64,000 nucleotides of DNA, taken from positions 1-64,000 of IMG/VR virus record IMGVR_UViG_3300047554_000685; one strand, 5' to 3'. The position numbers and the translations under genes were made by a program. Origin of the DNA: a virus. Under the pieces are notes generated by a model. It saw only the letters and a list, made by a program, of their open reading frames with translations. It had not been told where the DNA came from and searched no databases. Of the stretch, positions 9,629 to 18,794 are shown in pieces (position 1 is the stretch's first letter; every line of letters starts with the position of its first letter).

Positions 9629-11638
9629 CTAGAGCTCGATGGTGGCTGCAGCGGTGCCACCAGTGGTGTCGCGCAGAGCTGCAGCAACACCGTTGATTGA
9701 GATGGTCGAGGTGATCTTAAGAGCCTCGATGCCGACCTTAGCAACATTCTCAAAGGTCTCAGTGAACATCTTGTAGTCGTTGGTGCCGACTAGAGAAGAG
9801 TCACGGATGATACCTAGGTCTAGGGTACCGCCGTCAAGGAACAAGAAGGTTCCCTCAGCGAATAGGTACCAAACGAAGCTGTCTGGGAACTCAAGGAGCG
9901 AAGTCGCGCCCTGTGAGCCGAAGACAGTTGCGTCTAGCGAAGCTACTAGGTCAACGTTAACGGTTGCTAGGTAGCCATCGATCTCAGACTTAGAAACGGC
10001 AAGAGTACCGTCACCAGGCATCGATAGAGTTAGGTCAGCTGCCATTGCCTCGTAGATCCATGAAGGAACAATTGCCTTCAAACGGGTCTGTGGGTCAATG
10101 CGGTGACGTGAGCGGTAAGCAACAGCTGCACGACGGATCTGAACTAGGAAGTCACGACCAAAACCGATTAGGTTAGTGGTAGTAACAGCAGTAGATGCGT
10201 CACCGATCTTGCTTAGCAAGTTCTGCTCTGCCTCGCGAGCGTGCTGTACAAGAGCTAGCTCGTTGTGGCGAGCAATCAACTCTGGGTAAGCACGAGTCAT
10301 GAGGTTACCAAACTGTAGCTGCAAAGTAACAGCGTCAGTAGAAACAGTGTTCTCTGAAGCAGCAACTACGGTGTAGCTAGTCTTGGTAGCAGACTGTGGG
10401 TCAGCATCAGTTGCAGCAGTCCATACACCAACAGCGTCAGCGTAGGTACCAGCAGCGAATGATGGTGGGGTTACAAAGCGGATACCGCCACGGTCAGCCT
10501 GGAAGCGAGGCAATGCATCGCGAACTGGGCGAACGGTGGTTGAACCGATTGAGTAAATGTCGTACTTAACCTCAAATGGCGCTGCGTGGCCACCAGAAGC
10601 AACAAGAGCTTCCTGACCTACAACGTTGTTGATCTTAAGTGCGTTTGACTCTGCATCGGTAGTCAAGGTACGCTCTTCTGGGTACTGAGTGGTGATAGAT
10701 GCAACGATGTGCTGCTCTCCATCGCCGCCGTTTACACGACGTAGCGAGTGGATACGCTTTTCCATAGCCTGAGCTACTTCCTGCATGTCGTTAATGGTGC
10801 TGCCTGCGGTGTAGCCAGGGATGTCTGCGCCAGCGGTGATTGCCACTGGAGCTGCCTCTGATACCTGAACTACAGGCTGACGGTCAGCTGGAGCCTCGAA
10901 AGGCTGTTCTGCTGCGGCGCTCACTAGTGCCTGCTCTTTCTGCTCTTCTACGAGAGCGGTTGATGTTTCTAAAGTGGTTTCTTCGGCTGATGCTTCTGAT
11001 CCCTCTACTGCTTCTGCAACTACTTCAGCCGAAGCTTCAATAGTCTCTACCTCTACCTCGGTAGCAGGAGCTTCATCAGCAACTACTTCCTCAGCAGAAC
11101 CGTCTGCAGTAATGGTCTCGTCCACAGTCTCAACCGATTCGGTCGATAGTTCAGAACCTGATTCCTGGTCAATTGATGCTTCAGCTACAGTCTCAGTAGA
11201 AGTCTCGGTCTCGGCTGATGCCTTCATGGCCTCATCCTCGTCTTCCTCTTCCTTCTCAGCTGGCTCTACTTCTTCAGCAGGGCTAACCTCTTCAACTGGT
11301 GCCTCTTCTACAGGAGCCTCTTCAACAGGGGCTTCCTCTACGATTGGCTCGTCTTCCATAGCCATTTCCTCTCCTTCTTCGGCTGCGCCCTTAACACGGG
11401 CGGTAGCCTCAGCCGCACGAGCAGCTAACTCTTCAGCGAGGGCCTCGCGACGAGAAAGCTCACCACGTACGATGTCAAGAGAGTCTGCAAGAGACGTCAT
11501 CGCATCAACTGACTCAGAAGTTGGTTCATCAGCATCGATCGACTCAAACTCGCCGACAATCTGAGTCTGAAGCTCAGCGAGTTGTTCATCGCTAAGATCA
11601 GCCAGAGTGTCTAGCTGTGTTTTAATCTGGTCGTACAC
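9629..11638 (-). CDS. major capsid protein with fused acidic N-terminal scaffold-like region
   Basis: C-term half 'RPVRDALPRFQADRGGIRF', 'EGTFLFLDGGTLDLGIIRDSSLVGTNDY' = actinophage MCP; N-term ~260 aa Glu-rich. Confidence 0.9.
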   Translation of the reverse strand: MYDQIKTQLDTLADLSDEQLAELQTQIVGEFESIDADEPTSESVDAMTSLADSLDIVRGELSRREALAEELAARAAEATARVKGAAEEGEEMAMEDEPIVEEAPVEEAPVEEAPVEEVSPAEEVEPAEKEEEDEDEAMKASAETETSTETVAEASIDQESGSELSTESVETVDETITADGSAEEVVADEAPATEVEVETIEASAEVVAEAVEGSEASAEETTLETSTALVEEQKEQALVSAAAEQPFEAPADRQPVVQVSEAAPVAITAGADIPGYTAGSTINDMQEVAQAMEKRIHSLRRVNGGDGEQHIVASITTQYPEERTLTTDAESNALKINNVVGQEALVASGGHAAPFEVKYDIYSIGSTTVRPVRDALPRFQADRGGIRFVTPPSFAAGTYADAVGVWTAATDADPQSATKTSYTVVAASENTVSTDAVTLQLQFGNLMTRAYPELIARHNELALVQHAREAEQNLLSKIGDASTAVTTTNLIGFGRDFLVQIRRAAVAYRSRHRIDPQTRLKAIVPSWIYEAMAADLTLSMPGDGTLAVSKSEIDGYLATVNVDLVASLDATVFGSQGATSLLEFPDSFVWYLFAEGTFLFLDGGTLDLGIIRDSSLVGTNDYKMFTETFENVAKVGIEALKITSTISINGVAAALRDTTGGTAAATIEL

Positions 11639-11763
11639 TGTACCTCCTAGGCCAGTATTGGTTTATGAATGGGAAGATCCCATTCATGGTGAACAGTCAA
11701 GGCTGAGGGACTCAGCACACGTTGTGCGAGGCGCTCCACCTATCACTAATTGTACCTTATTTT

Positions 11764-14700
11764 TTAGGTAAGGAGTCGAAGCAGGGTGTTCATCTCGGAC
11801 TGAATTTCAGCCTGAGAATATACATCTGCTCCAGACATGAAGGACTTCAGATTTGCAGTTGCAATGTCTGCGTCCTCTTTACCGATCTTTGCTTCGACTC
11901 GAGAAATCATCCCATCGATGAGTGTCTTTAGTCCGGCAGGTAGATCGCTAAATCTAACTTTCTGAGCTTCCTTGCCGAATGGCAGTGGAAGGTTGGCAAT
12001 GGTTTTGCCTAGTTCGGCCGCTGTTGTGCGTACGTTTTCTAGAGACTCTGGGTTTAGGGCCTTAGTATCTAGACGATCAATCATTCCCAGTAACTCGCTA
12101 CTAGCCTTAGCTGAATTCACGTAGTCGCCAGCAAACTCTAGGTTTTCAGCGGTCTCTACCTTCTCCAAAGCTTTCTGAAGCCCCGCTACGCCGAGGTTCT
12201 GCTTTAGTCTAGCAAGAACCTTGCGATACTTTCCTTTAGCGTCTCGGGGTTGAGTTTTTGGGGTGTACTTGCTACGACCTTCTTTGTCGTACACATCTTT
12301 GGCTGTGGTCTTGCCAGCTTTGATGTCTTCGGCAATTTTGATCTCTTCTTCAGTCTGCTTGTCGGCTTCTTCTTTAGCTTCCTTAAGCTTCTTCAAATCA
12401 GACTCAGAAATTTCTTTTGCATCAGTCTCGGCAAACTCGGCTAGACGAGAGCGCATTGAAGCAACTATGCTCGCGGCCTCAGACGACCCGGCTGATTTCC
12501 ATTCATCTGGAATTAGGTTAGCCTTACCAAGAGCCTTGGCTCGCTTAACAATGTGCTTACGAACGGTGACTCGCTTTTCACGCTTTGCACGTCCATATGC
12601 CTGAATCGCGTTACGGAGGTCCTGCTCGTTTCGGATCGGGTATGATCCATCTGGAAGAGCAAAGCCCTTGTCAGCAAGTTCAGATCTCTCTTCCTCGGAG
12701 AACTTAGCAAGTTCTGCAACAGCGGCAGCAACAAGAGCACGGGTCTTTAGTTCTTCCGCCTTAGCAGCGGTAGCAACTAGAGCCTGCTTCTTTACGGCTT
12801 TCTTTGCAGACTTGACGCGAGAGCGTAGGTCTGGGGCACTAGCTGAAAGCTCGGCTAGATTATATGCACGCTCAGATAGGGTTGCCACGTGCTGGCTCTT
12901 CATAATTGCCATCATGCTTGCGCCAGCTGCAACTAGAGCCATAACCTTACCTGAAGCAACCATTGCGCGAGCAACTGGGAAGCCTGGAACGTTTACCTGA
13001 CAAACTGCAACGAGCTCAAGAGAGCCATTGATTGGACGCCAGTCACCTGAAGGAGCAGATGCACGTAGAGCGCGAATCTGCATTTCGGTCGCGTCTGGAC
13101 GTACAGATCCAGCACACCAGATGCCATATTCATCTTCGCCCATGTGAACATCGGCAATTGCTGATGCAGTGTCGTCGTAGTGCTTAGCAGCAGAAGCGGC
13201 ATTAGCAGTTAGAGGTGCGTGTCCACCAGCAAGAGTCAGCTGACCAACCGGCATATCGCTACCATCATCGCAGCGGAGGACGCCGGTGTGGAAGTAGGCA
13301 TATTTGCTCTTTGAACGAGGTGGGCGGGTAGAGCGAGGCATACCAATGTGGTTTACATGCCAAGCTGCAATGTGCCCGTAAATGCGACCAGAAGGGTCAA
13401 CAGTGATCGGGGTAGCCTTAGTCAGCTTAGGGTCCTTGAACCACTCTGCTGGTGGTGTCATTGGAATCTCGCCGTCAAGGAATCCTGATGCAACTAGCGG
13501 TGCGCCAGAGAATTCTTGCTCGACGGATTCTTCGTATATTCCGTCAGCTGGAATCACTTCATCCTCCTGGTCTCCCGCTGGTTGTTCTTCAATAGAGATA
13601 GTGCATTCTTGGAATGCAGGCTTTGCTACAATTGTAGCAGCCATTACACGGGCGTGATTTATGGTTAACTTCTTCTTACCTACGTCTTCGGTGTCCTCGG
13701 CGTTTTCAGTCTTCTCTTCTTCCGCTTCGAACTGGTCTAGATCAGCAGAGACGCCACGGATAAATCCGTTACGTACTAGGCGCTCTGCCTCTTGACCATA
13801 TGCTCCTGTATCAAAAACACCATAGGCATTTCCAATACCGTTTTCGGTTCTTTCTACGTAATCAATACGTCCAACTACCACAGACCCCATGTGACCGTCG
13901 CCAGTCTTGATCTGCCATAGGAGTGGAAGTGGGAGCTCTCGAACTGATAAAGAGTCCTTCACGAACTTACGGCCATCGCCCGATTCTAGATCTTCTGGAA
14001 TCAGTAGAGGGATGTTGAATTTAGAACCGTGTTCCATTGCAGCACCTGCCACCAAACCAAAACGCTCTCTAGCGTGGTTTGCTCTGGCGGTAAGCTCCGC
14101 CTGAGCAATAACAGACTGAACTAGGTCGGTCTCGGTAGCGAACAAGCTAGAGGTTTCATTACGACGGCCCGGGTTTAGTCGGCTACCAGTATAGACACCA
14201 GTGGCATCCTTATGACGGAGCTGGCAGTAGCCCTTAGCACGATGCCCCATGTACTTTGAAAGCTGACGAACACAGCGAGTCCAGTCGCCTGGAGTACCCC
14301 ATCGAATCTTCGCAGCGCCCTTACCTCGAGTCCAGTACTGACGAAGCTCTTCTGCATTGCCACGGTTACGGTCTAGGCCACCAGCAGCAACAAACGCATC
14401 AAAAACGGTTAGCAAGCTAGCTGCAACAGCCTCGGGTGCAGTTTCTTCGCTAGGTTTTTCTTCAGCCATCTGAGACAAGACGTCATCTAGAGATTCTTTA
14501 TCTAGCTCCACTACTGGAGGCTTGGTAGATGAACGAAGATCGGCTAGGGTCTGATCATCTTGGACCCACTTGTCACCATCGCGCTTGTATGCAATTGGAG
14601 AAGTAGAGGTCGCAGTCTTAGGGATAATTGCAACTAGATCAACCATTGCCTCTGGGTCTTGCTGATCAACAATAGCAAGATACCTAGGGGTGACGTCGGA

Positions 14701-16263
14701 AGTAGAAGGAGTAAGGATCTTTTCATCCGCAGCGGCAATAATTGAAGCATCGGTGAATTTAGCGTTTGGCCAACGCTTCTTAACTGCAGCCTTATCAGCT
14801 GCGTTCCTTGGCTTGTAGCGTTCCTTCTCTACCCATGAAGCATAGTTGTTGATAAATGCATTTACATCTAGCTTAGGCAGTGTGCCCGGAATGTGGGCTT
14901 TCTTGCTGTTTTGAGGAGTACGAGGTTCCCCGATGATTCCTGAAAAGTCCATAGGAGTTTTACTAGCATCATCTACACGAAGAGAGTTTGGTCGGCTGTT
15001 AGCTTTATCAGCTGGTACTAGATACTTAGACCCAACCTTCACCGAGCGGCCGTCTTCAAGATCAACAGTAACGATGCCGGTCGCGCCGTCAATGTCTCGG
15101 ATTGTTCCAGAGCCTCTAGCAGCGTCTCCGCCGATAGCTACCTTCTGGCCTACCTTAGCAAACTGACCCATAGCGTCTCGAGGCTGGTTTCCAGCATTCT
15201 CTGAACGTTCCTCTGGAGTATAGACTCCATCTTGGTTAGAACCTGCAGCAGTAATAACTTGGTCAATGAATTCCCAGTCTTCGCCACTAATCCCGGCTTC
15301 CATCAAAGCGGCTTCATCGGCATCTAGATCAAAGACAGAAGTCTTACAGTACGGATCTACAGCCATACGAGCTGCAATCATAAGAGCAGACTGAGGGTCA
15401 ATAATTACGTGAGACTTTTCCTCGAGGTCGTAGACGTCATCGAGCATACGGTCATATGTCCATATGTCACCATCAACATGTCCTAGGTTGTCCCAGCAAC
15501 CGTCGTCCCAGACATAAACCGAACCATCAATGTCAATCATGTAGAGTCGGTCAATACCAGACCCGTCTAAGCAAACCCGAGCCAAGAACTCTGGGCCGTA
15601 GTTTGCGTCAAGCTCGTGAGCGTACTTGAATGGGTTTAGTTCTTCGTTCTGCTTAGGGTAGTTGATCTGATCAACGTAGTTAGAGACAGTGTATCCGCCA
15701 GCAGTAACTGACTTCTCTTTCTTGTCTTCGCGCTCAACAATGGCACGCGCCCAGCGCCAAGCAGCGTCTCCACCCCAGAGTGCCCATGCGATACGCCCGT
15801 TAGATGGAAAATTGTCTTGGCCAGGCTTCCAGCCCTTACCCTTTTTATCAACTTCGTGACGAGGGAAATACTTTGCAATATGGCGGATCTTGCGAATGCC
15901 AATTTGACCACCCTTAGCAAGGGTGCGGGCAGTATTCAAGCCAACAGGAGTTCCGCCTCGGCCTTCTTCTTTACGCCATTCCAAAGCTTTCTTTGCCTCG
16001 GCTTGGGCGGACTTAGGAATGGTATACATTCTATCGGCAGAGGCAACAATTGCATCTTCTTCTAGAGTGGCTAGAACCTTCTCGGCTAAAAGGGTTTCGG
16101 ACCTAGTTAAAGGAGTATCCGAGGTCTCCCATTTGTTTTCTGCAAAGAGGTCTAATGCCACACCGCTGGCAACGACGGCTCCTACGGCAGTGTCAATAAC
16201 TACACCGTGTGTATTGTTAGCATAGAATGCTAGTTCGCCAGAGCGGCCGATTAGGTGGTTCAT
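11764..16263 (-). CDS. large multidomain capsid maturation protease
   Basis: HK97-protease-like 'ESGDGR..LPLLWQ..GH..VVGRID..GVSADLD', second 'HYDDT..SGDWR' domain, 'ALPDGSYPI..AIQAYGRAK' (DUF6582-like); upstream of MCP. Confidence 0.75.
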   Translation of the reverse strand: MNHLIGRSGELAFYANNTHGVVIDTAVGAVVASGVALDLFAENKWETSDTPLTRSETLLAEKVLATLEEDAIVASADRMYTIPKSAQAEAKKALEWRKEEGRGGTPVGLNTARTLAKGGQIGIRKIRHIAKYFPRHEVDKKGKGWKPGQDNFPSNGRIAWALWGGDAAWRWARAIVEREDKKEKSVTAGGYTVSNYVDQINYPKQNEELNPFKYAHELDANYGPEFLARVCLDGSGIDRLYMIDIDGSVYVWDDGCWDNLGHVDGDIWTYDRMLDDVYDLEEKSHVIIDPQSALMIAARMAVDPYCKTSVFDLDADEAALMEAGISGEDWEFIDQVITAAGSNQDGVYTPEERSENAGNQPRDAMGQFAKVGQKVAIGGDAARGSGTIRDIDGATGIVTVDLEDGRSVKVGSKYLVPADKANSRPNSLRVDDASKTPMDFSGIIGEPRTPQNSKKAHIPGTLPKLDVNAFINNYASWVEKERYKPRNAADKAAVKKRWPNAKFTDASIIAAADEKILTPSTSDVTPRYLAIVDQQDPEAMVDLVAIIPKTATSTSPIAYKRDGDKWVQDDQTLADLRSSTKPPVVELDKESLDDVLSQMAEEKPSEETAPEAVAASLLTVFDAFVAAGGLDRNRGNAEELRQYWTRGKGAAKIRWGTPGDWTRCVRQLSKYMGHRAKGYCQLRHKDATGVYTGSRLNPGRRNETSSLFATETDLVQSVIAQAELTARANHARERFGLVAGAAMEHGSKFNIPLLIPEDLESGDGRKFVKDSLSVRELPLPLLWQIKTGDGHMGSVVVGRIDYVERTENGIGNAYGVFDTGAYGQEAERLVRNGFIRGVSADLDQFEAEEEKTENAEDTEDVGKKKLTINHARVMAATIVAKPAFQECTISIEEQPAGDQEDEVIPADGIYEESVEQEFSGAPLVASGFLDGEIPMTPPAEWFKDPKLTKATPITVDPSGRIYGHIAAWHVNHIGMPRSTRPPRSKSKYAYFHTGVLRCDDGSDMPVGQLTLAGGHAPLTANAASAAKHYDDTASAIADVHMGEDEYGIWCAGSVRPDATEMQIRALRASAPSGDWRPINGSLELVAVCQVNVPGFPVARAMVASGKVMALVAAGASMMAIMKSQHVATLSERAYNLAELSASAPDLRSRVKSAKKAVKKQALVATAAKAEELKTRALVAAAVAELAKFSEEERSELADKGFALPDGSYPIRNEQDLRNAIQAYGRAKREKRVTVRKHIVKRAKALGKANLIPDEWKSAGSSEAASIVASMRSRLAEFAETDAKEISESDLKKLKEAKEEADKQTEEEIKIAEDIKAGKTTAKDVYDKEGRSKYTPKTQPRDAKGKYRKVLARLKQNLGVAGLQKALEKVETAENLEFAGDYVNSAKASSELLGMIDRLDTKALNPESLENVRTTAAELGKTIANLPLPFGKEAQKVRFSDLPAGLKTLIDGMISRVEAKIGKEDADIATANLKSFMSGADVYSQAEIQSEMNTLLRLLT

Positions 16264-16324
16264 CCATCAATCCTATAAAGTCAGAAACCCTAGACTAATT
16301 TTACCCGTTATTTATCAAAGTGAT

Positions 16325-16492
16325 TTATTTATCGGGTGTGATATCTTTGATAACAACGCCATTCTCGTCTACAAATTCGCTGTCATCTTCATAATCTGGT
16401 ACTGGGTTTCCGATCACTTTTGCTAAAAGGGCCCAATACTCAGGATCATTTTCAGTATATCCGCCTAGCATGTCAGGCTTTTCTTTACTCAT
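16325..16492 (-). CDS. 55-aa acidic hypothetical protein (not in ORF track)
   Basis: MSKEKPDMLGGYTENDPEYW...ITPDK; ATG overlaps end of upstream ORF. Confidence 0.6.
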   Translation of the reverse strand: MSKEKPDMLGGYTENDPEYWALLAKVIGNPVPDYEDDSEFVDENGVVIKDITPDK

Positions 16493-18788
16493 CTGAGTCT
16501 CCATCTGATTTAGATTTGTTTGATGCTCGGTAACCCTCGATAGGGCTCCAGTCTCCCAGATCCATACCTAGCAAATAGTCTACTACCTTCTGAGCCTCGG
16601 AAGATGCTTTCATAACCATATCCGGGTTGTCTTGTAGTGCTTCTAGCCAGCTCTTTACATACGCTGCAGTGTTATCAAAGTCACTGTTAACACCAAACAT
16701 GCTAGCAAGGATTGCTGCAGAGATTTCTGCAATAAGTTCCTCTTCACCTCTAGCCGCATTATCAGTTCCGTAGTTCTTGGTTAGTTCGGTACGGTCAAGG
16801 CGATCCTTGTGTCCGGTGCTGTGGGCAAGCTCGTGAGTAATAGTGTCAAACATATCTTCTGGACTATTGAACTGCTCCTTGGTTGGGAGGGTAATGACGT
16901 CAGAAGCTGGGTTCCAGTTTGGAGAAGAAGAGTGGCTACCATACTCACCTACGTAGGTATAAGAAACTTCAGGGGCTTTCAAACCCTTAGCTTCCATAGA
17001 CTTGCGGTATCGCTCTAGGATGAAGTCCTGAGACTCTAAAGGAGTTTTAGGTTCGCCAGCTTCAGCCTTAACCGTAGGCAGGTTTAGGCCGTCAATCTGC
17101 TCAACGTTAAATACGGTCTTTACACCAAATGTTACGTAGCTACCAGTTACCTTTTCTTCTCCGGTTGAAGAGTCTTTCTCTTTCTTAACCCTCTTGTAAG
17201 GAACAAGGATTTGTACACCCTTCTCGCCCTTACGAACCTGCCCGCCTAGCTCGGTGGCTTGGTTGTAAGTCATCCAGCGTGGGTCGCTATATCCAGATAG
17301 TTGCTGATAGAGCTTAAGAACAATCGAGTTGATGCCGCTATAGATGTGTTTTGACGCTGGGTTGCGCGGAACGAATGCACCAGCATAGTTAGCATCATCC
17401 TTGAATGGTTTACGCCAAGGAGCCTTACCTTCTTTAATCTTTTCCAGTAAGCCAGACAGAACTCGCTCTTTAGCATCCTTGCTGTCAGATACTGATTTAG
17501 CACGGTTGAAAGGTTTTTTGCCTGGGGCTTGATTAAACCCTAGAAGGGGAGCATCAACTGAATCAGGGTTAGTGTCCGGGTTAAGGCTTGAGTCTTCTGG
17601 AGTAGTAGACGCCATTCTTGCTGACTGTAGGGTCGGAGCAACCTTAGTCTTTAGCGGGTTCCACTGAGGAAGGACGTCATTACCTAGTAGGTAGTCGGCA
17701 GCCAACTGAGCACGGGTCATGGCGTCAGTCACAGCCTTGTCCGCATCAATGCCATCTAGGTTTCTGATGTGAGTGAGCAGGTAGCTGATCGAGTTCTCTG
17801 GGTCAGCATCAAGACCAAACATCTTTGCTAGAAGCATGGAGCCTAACTCAGCGGTTAGCTCTTCTTCTGCGTAGGCATTACTATTTCCATCCAATGCCTT
17901 CTTAACTTCTTCTCGGTTAAGTCGGTTAGTTCTACCCGTGCTGTGGATTAGTTCGTGGGCAATAGCGTTGAACCAAGACTCGTCGCTATCAAAGTTTGCT
18001 CGGAGTGGTAGTCGTACTTTATCTACATCTCTACCGTAGCTTGGTTGCCAGCGAGGATTCTGATCTTTATCTAGTTGAATACCATAGAGCTCTGGTTGCT
18101 TGATACCGCGGATCTCGGCCGCCTCGCGCATTCTGTCGAGAACAATGTCTACAGCCTCTTTTGCGGTGTAAGACTTGTTTTCGTCAGCGTTGTATGGATC
18201 GATTCCTTGGATCTGGTCACCATTAAAAACAGTGACTTTTCTAAACTCAAAGTGCTCAACAACCTTGCCATCACGACTGGTGACAAAGAAACTAGGTACA
18301 AGAATCTGAGTACCCTTGGTTCCAGCCGAGATAGAGCCACCAGCCTGAGCAACCTGAGAAGCAGTCATCCAGCGAGGATCACTGAACCCATTTTCTGAGG
18401 CCGCGGCTTCTAGAGCAATCATGTTAGGGCCGGTGTAGTGGGTGTTGCTTGCAGGGTTGACTGGAAGAGGGCGATTAGCGTCCCTGCTCCACTTACGTAC
18501 CCATTCTTTTAGTTTTCTAGGGTTGCGTAGTTTTTCTAGGACATCGCTTAGAACGCTAGACGCTGCAGCCTTATTTGCCTCTGTTACAGAAGCCAACTTC
18601 TCATCTAGCTGTTCTTCAGTCAACTCGAGCGGATTAGTTCTAGACCCCGGCTCGCCTTCAGGCACTGAAGGGCGAACAGAGTTATCAGCCGCAGACTTGC
18701 GGTACTTATCTAGAATGCTCTTGATTCTGTCTAAATCTGGAGCGTCCTGATCTAATCCAGGCTCAGCCCCCTCGCTGGGGGCTAGGCT
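16485..18788 (-). CDS. tandem ArdC-like modules (ArdC-N/DUF1738 ssDNA-binding + zincin metallopeptidase) x2; probably the -1 frameshift extension of 18782..23983
   Basis: Two copies of 'NPAS...Y.G.N...DPRWMT..Q....GG....G.KG..ILVP...VFN..QI' + 'HEL.HSTG...RL.R...EE..AE'; frame open back to 18788; annotated GTG at 18665 lacks an RBS. Confidence 0.85.
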   Translation of the reverse strand, partial: SLAPSEGAEPGLDQDAPDLDRIKSILDKYRKSAADNSVRPSVPEGEPGSRTNPLELTEEQLDEKLASVTEANKAAASSVLSDVLEKLRNPRKLKEWVRKWSRDANRPLPVNPASNTHYTGPNMIALEAAASENGFSDPRWMTASQVAQAGGSISAGTKGTQILVPSFFVTSRDGKVVEHFEFRKVTVFNGDQIQGIDPYNADENKSYTAKEAVDIVLDRMREAAEIRGIKQPELYGIQLDKDQNPRWQPSYGRDVDKVRLPLRANFDSDESWFNAIAHELIHSTGRTNRLNREEVKKALDGNSNAYAEEELTAELGSMLLAKMFGLDADPENSISYLLTHIRNLDGIDADKAVTDAMTRAQLAADYLLGNDVLPQWNPLKTKVAPTLQSARMASTTPEDSSLNPDTNPDSVDAPLLGFNQAPGKKPFNRAKSVSDSKDAKERVLSGLLEKIKEGKAPWRKPFKDDANYAGAFVPRNPASKHIYSGINSIVLKLYQQLSGYSDPRWMTYNQATELGGQVRKGEKGVQILVPYKRVKKEKDSSTGEEKVTGSYVTFGVKTVFNVEQIDGLNLPTVKAEAGEPKTPLESQDFILERYRKSMEAKGLKAPEVSYTYVGEYGSHSSSPNWNPASDVITLPTKEQFNSPEDMFDTITHELAHSTGHKDRLDRTELTKNYGTDNAARGEEELIAEISAAILASMFGVNSDFDNTAAYVKSWLEALQDNPDMVMKASSEAQKVVDYLLGMDLGDWSPIEGYRASNKSKSDGDSDE

Positions 18789-18794
18789 TTTGGG
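18765..18794 (-). other. candidate programmed -1 ribosomal frameshift signal
   Basis: C CCA AAA heptamer (18794-18788) in correct phase, followed after 4 nt by stem-loop AGCCCCC-AGCGA-GGGGGCT with no U-tract. Confidence 0.75.

Noticed and set aside
18765-18783. Intrinsic terminator
   Set aside because: No U-tract on either side, and the stem overlaps the stop codon within an open -1 frame.
18752-18784. Amber read-through or alternative genetic code joining the giant ORF to ArdC
   Set aside because: The zero frame hits another TAG nine codons later and ArdC is in the -1 frame; TAG is used as a normal stop throughout.
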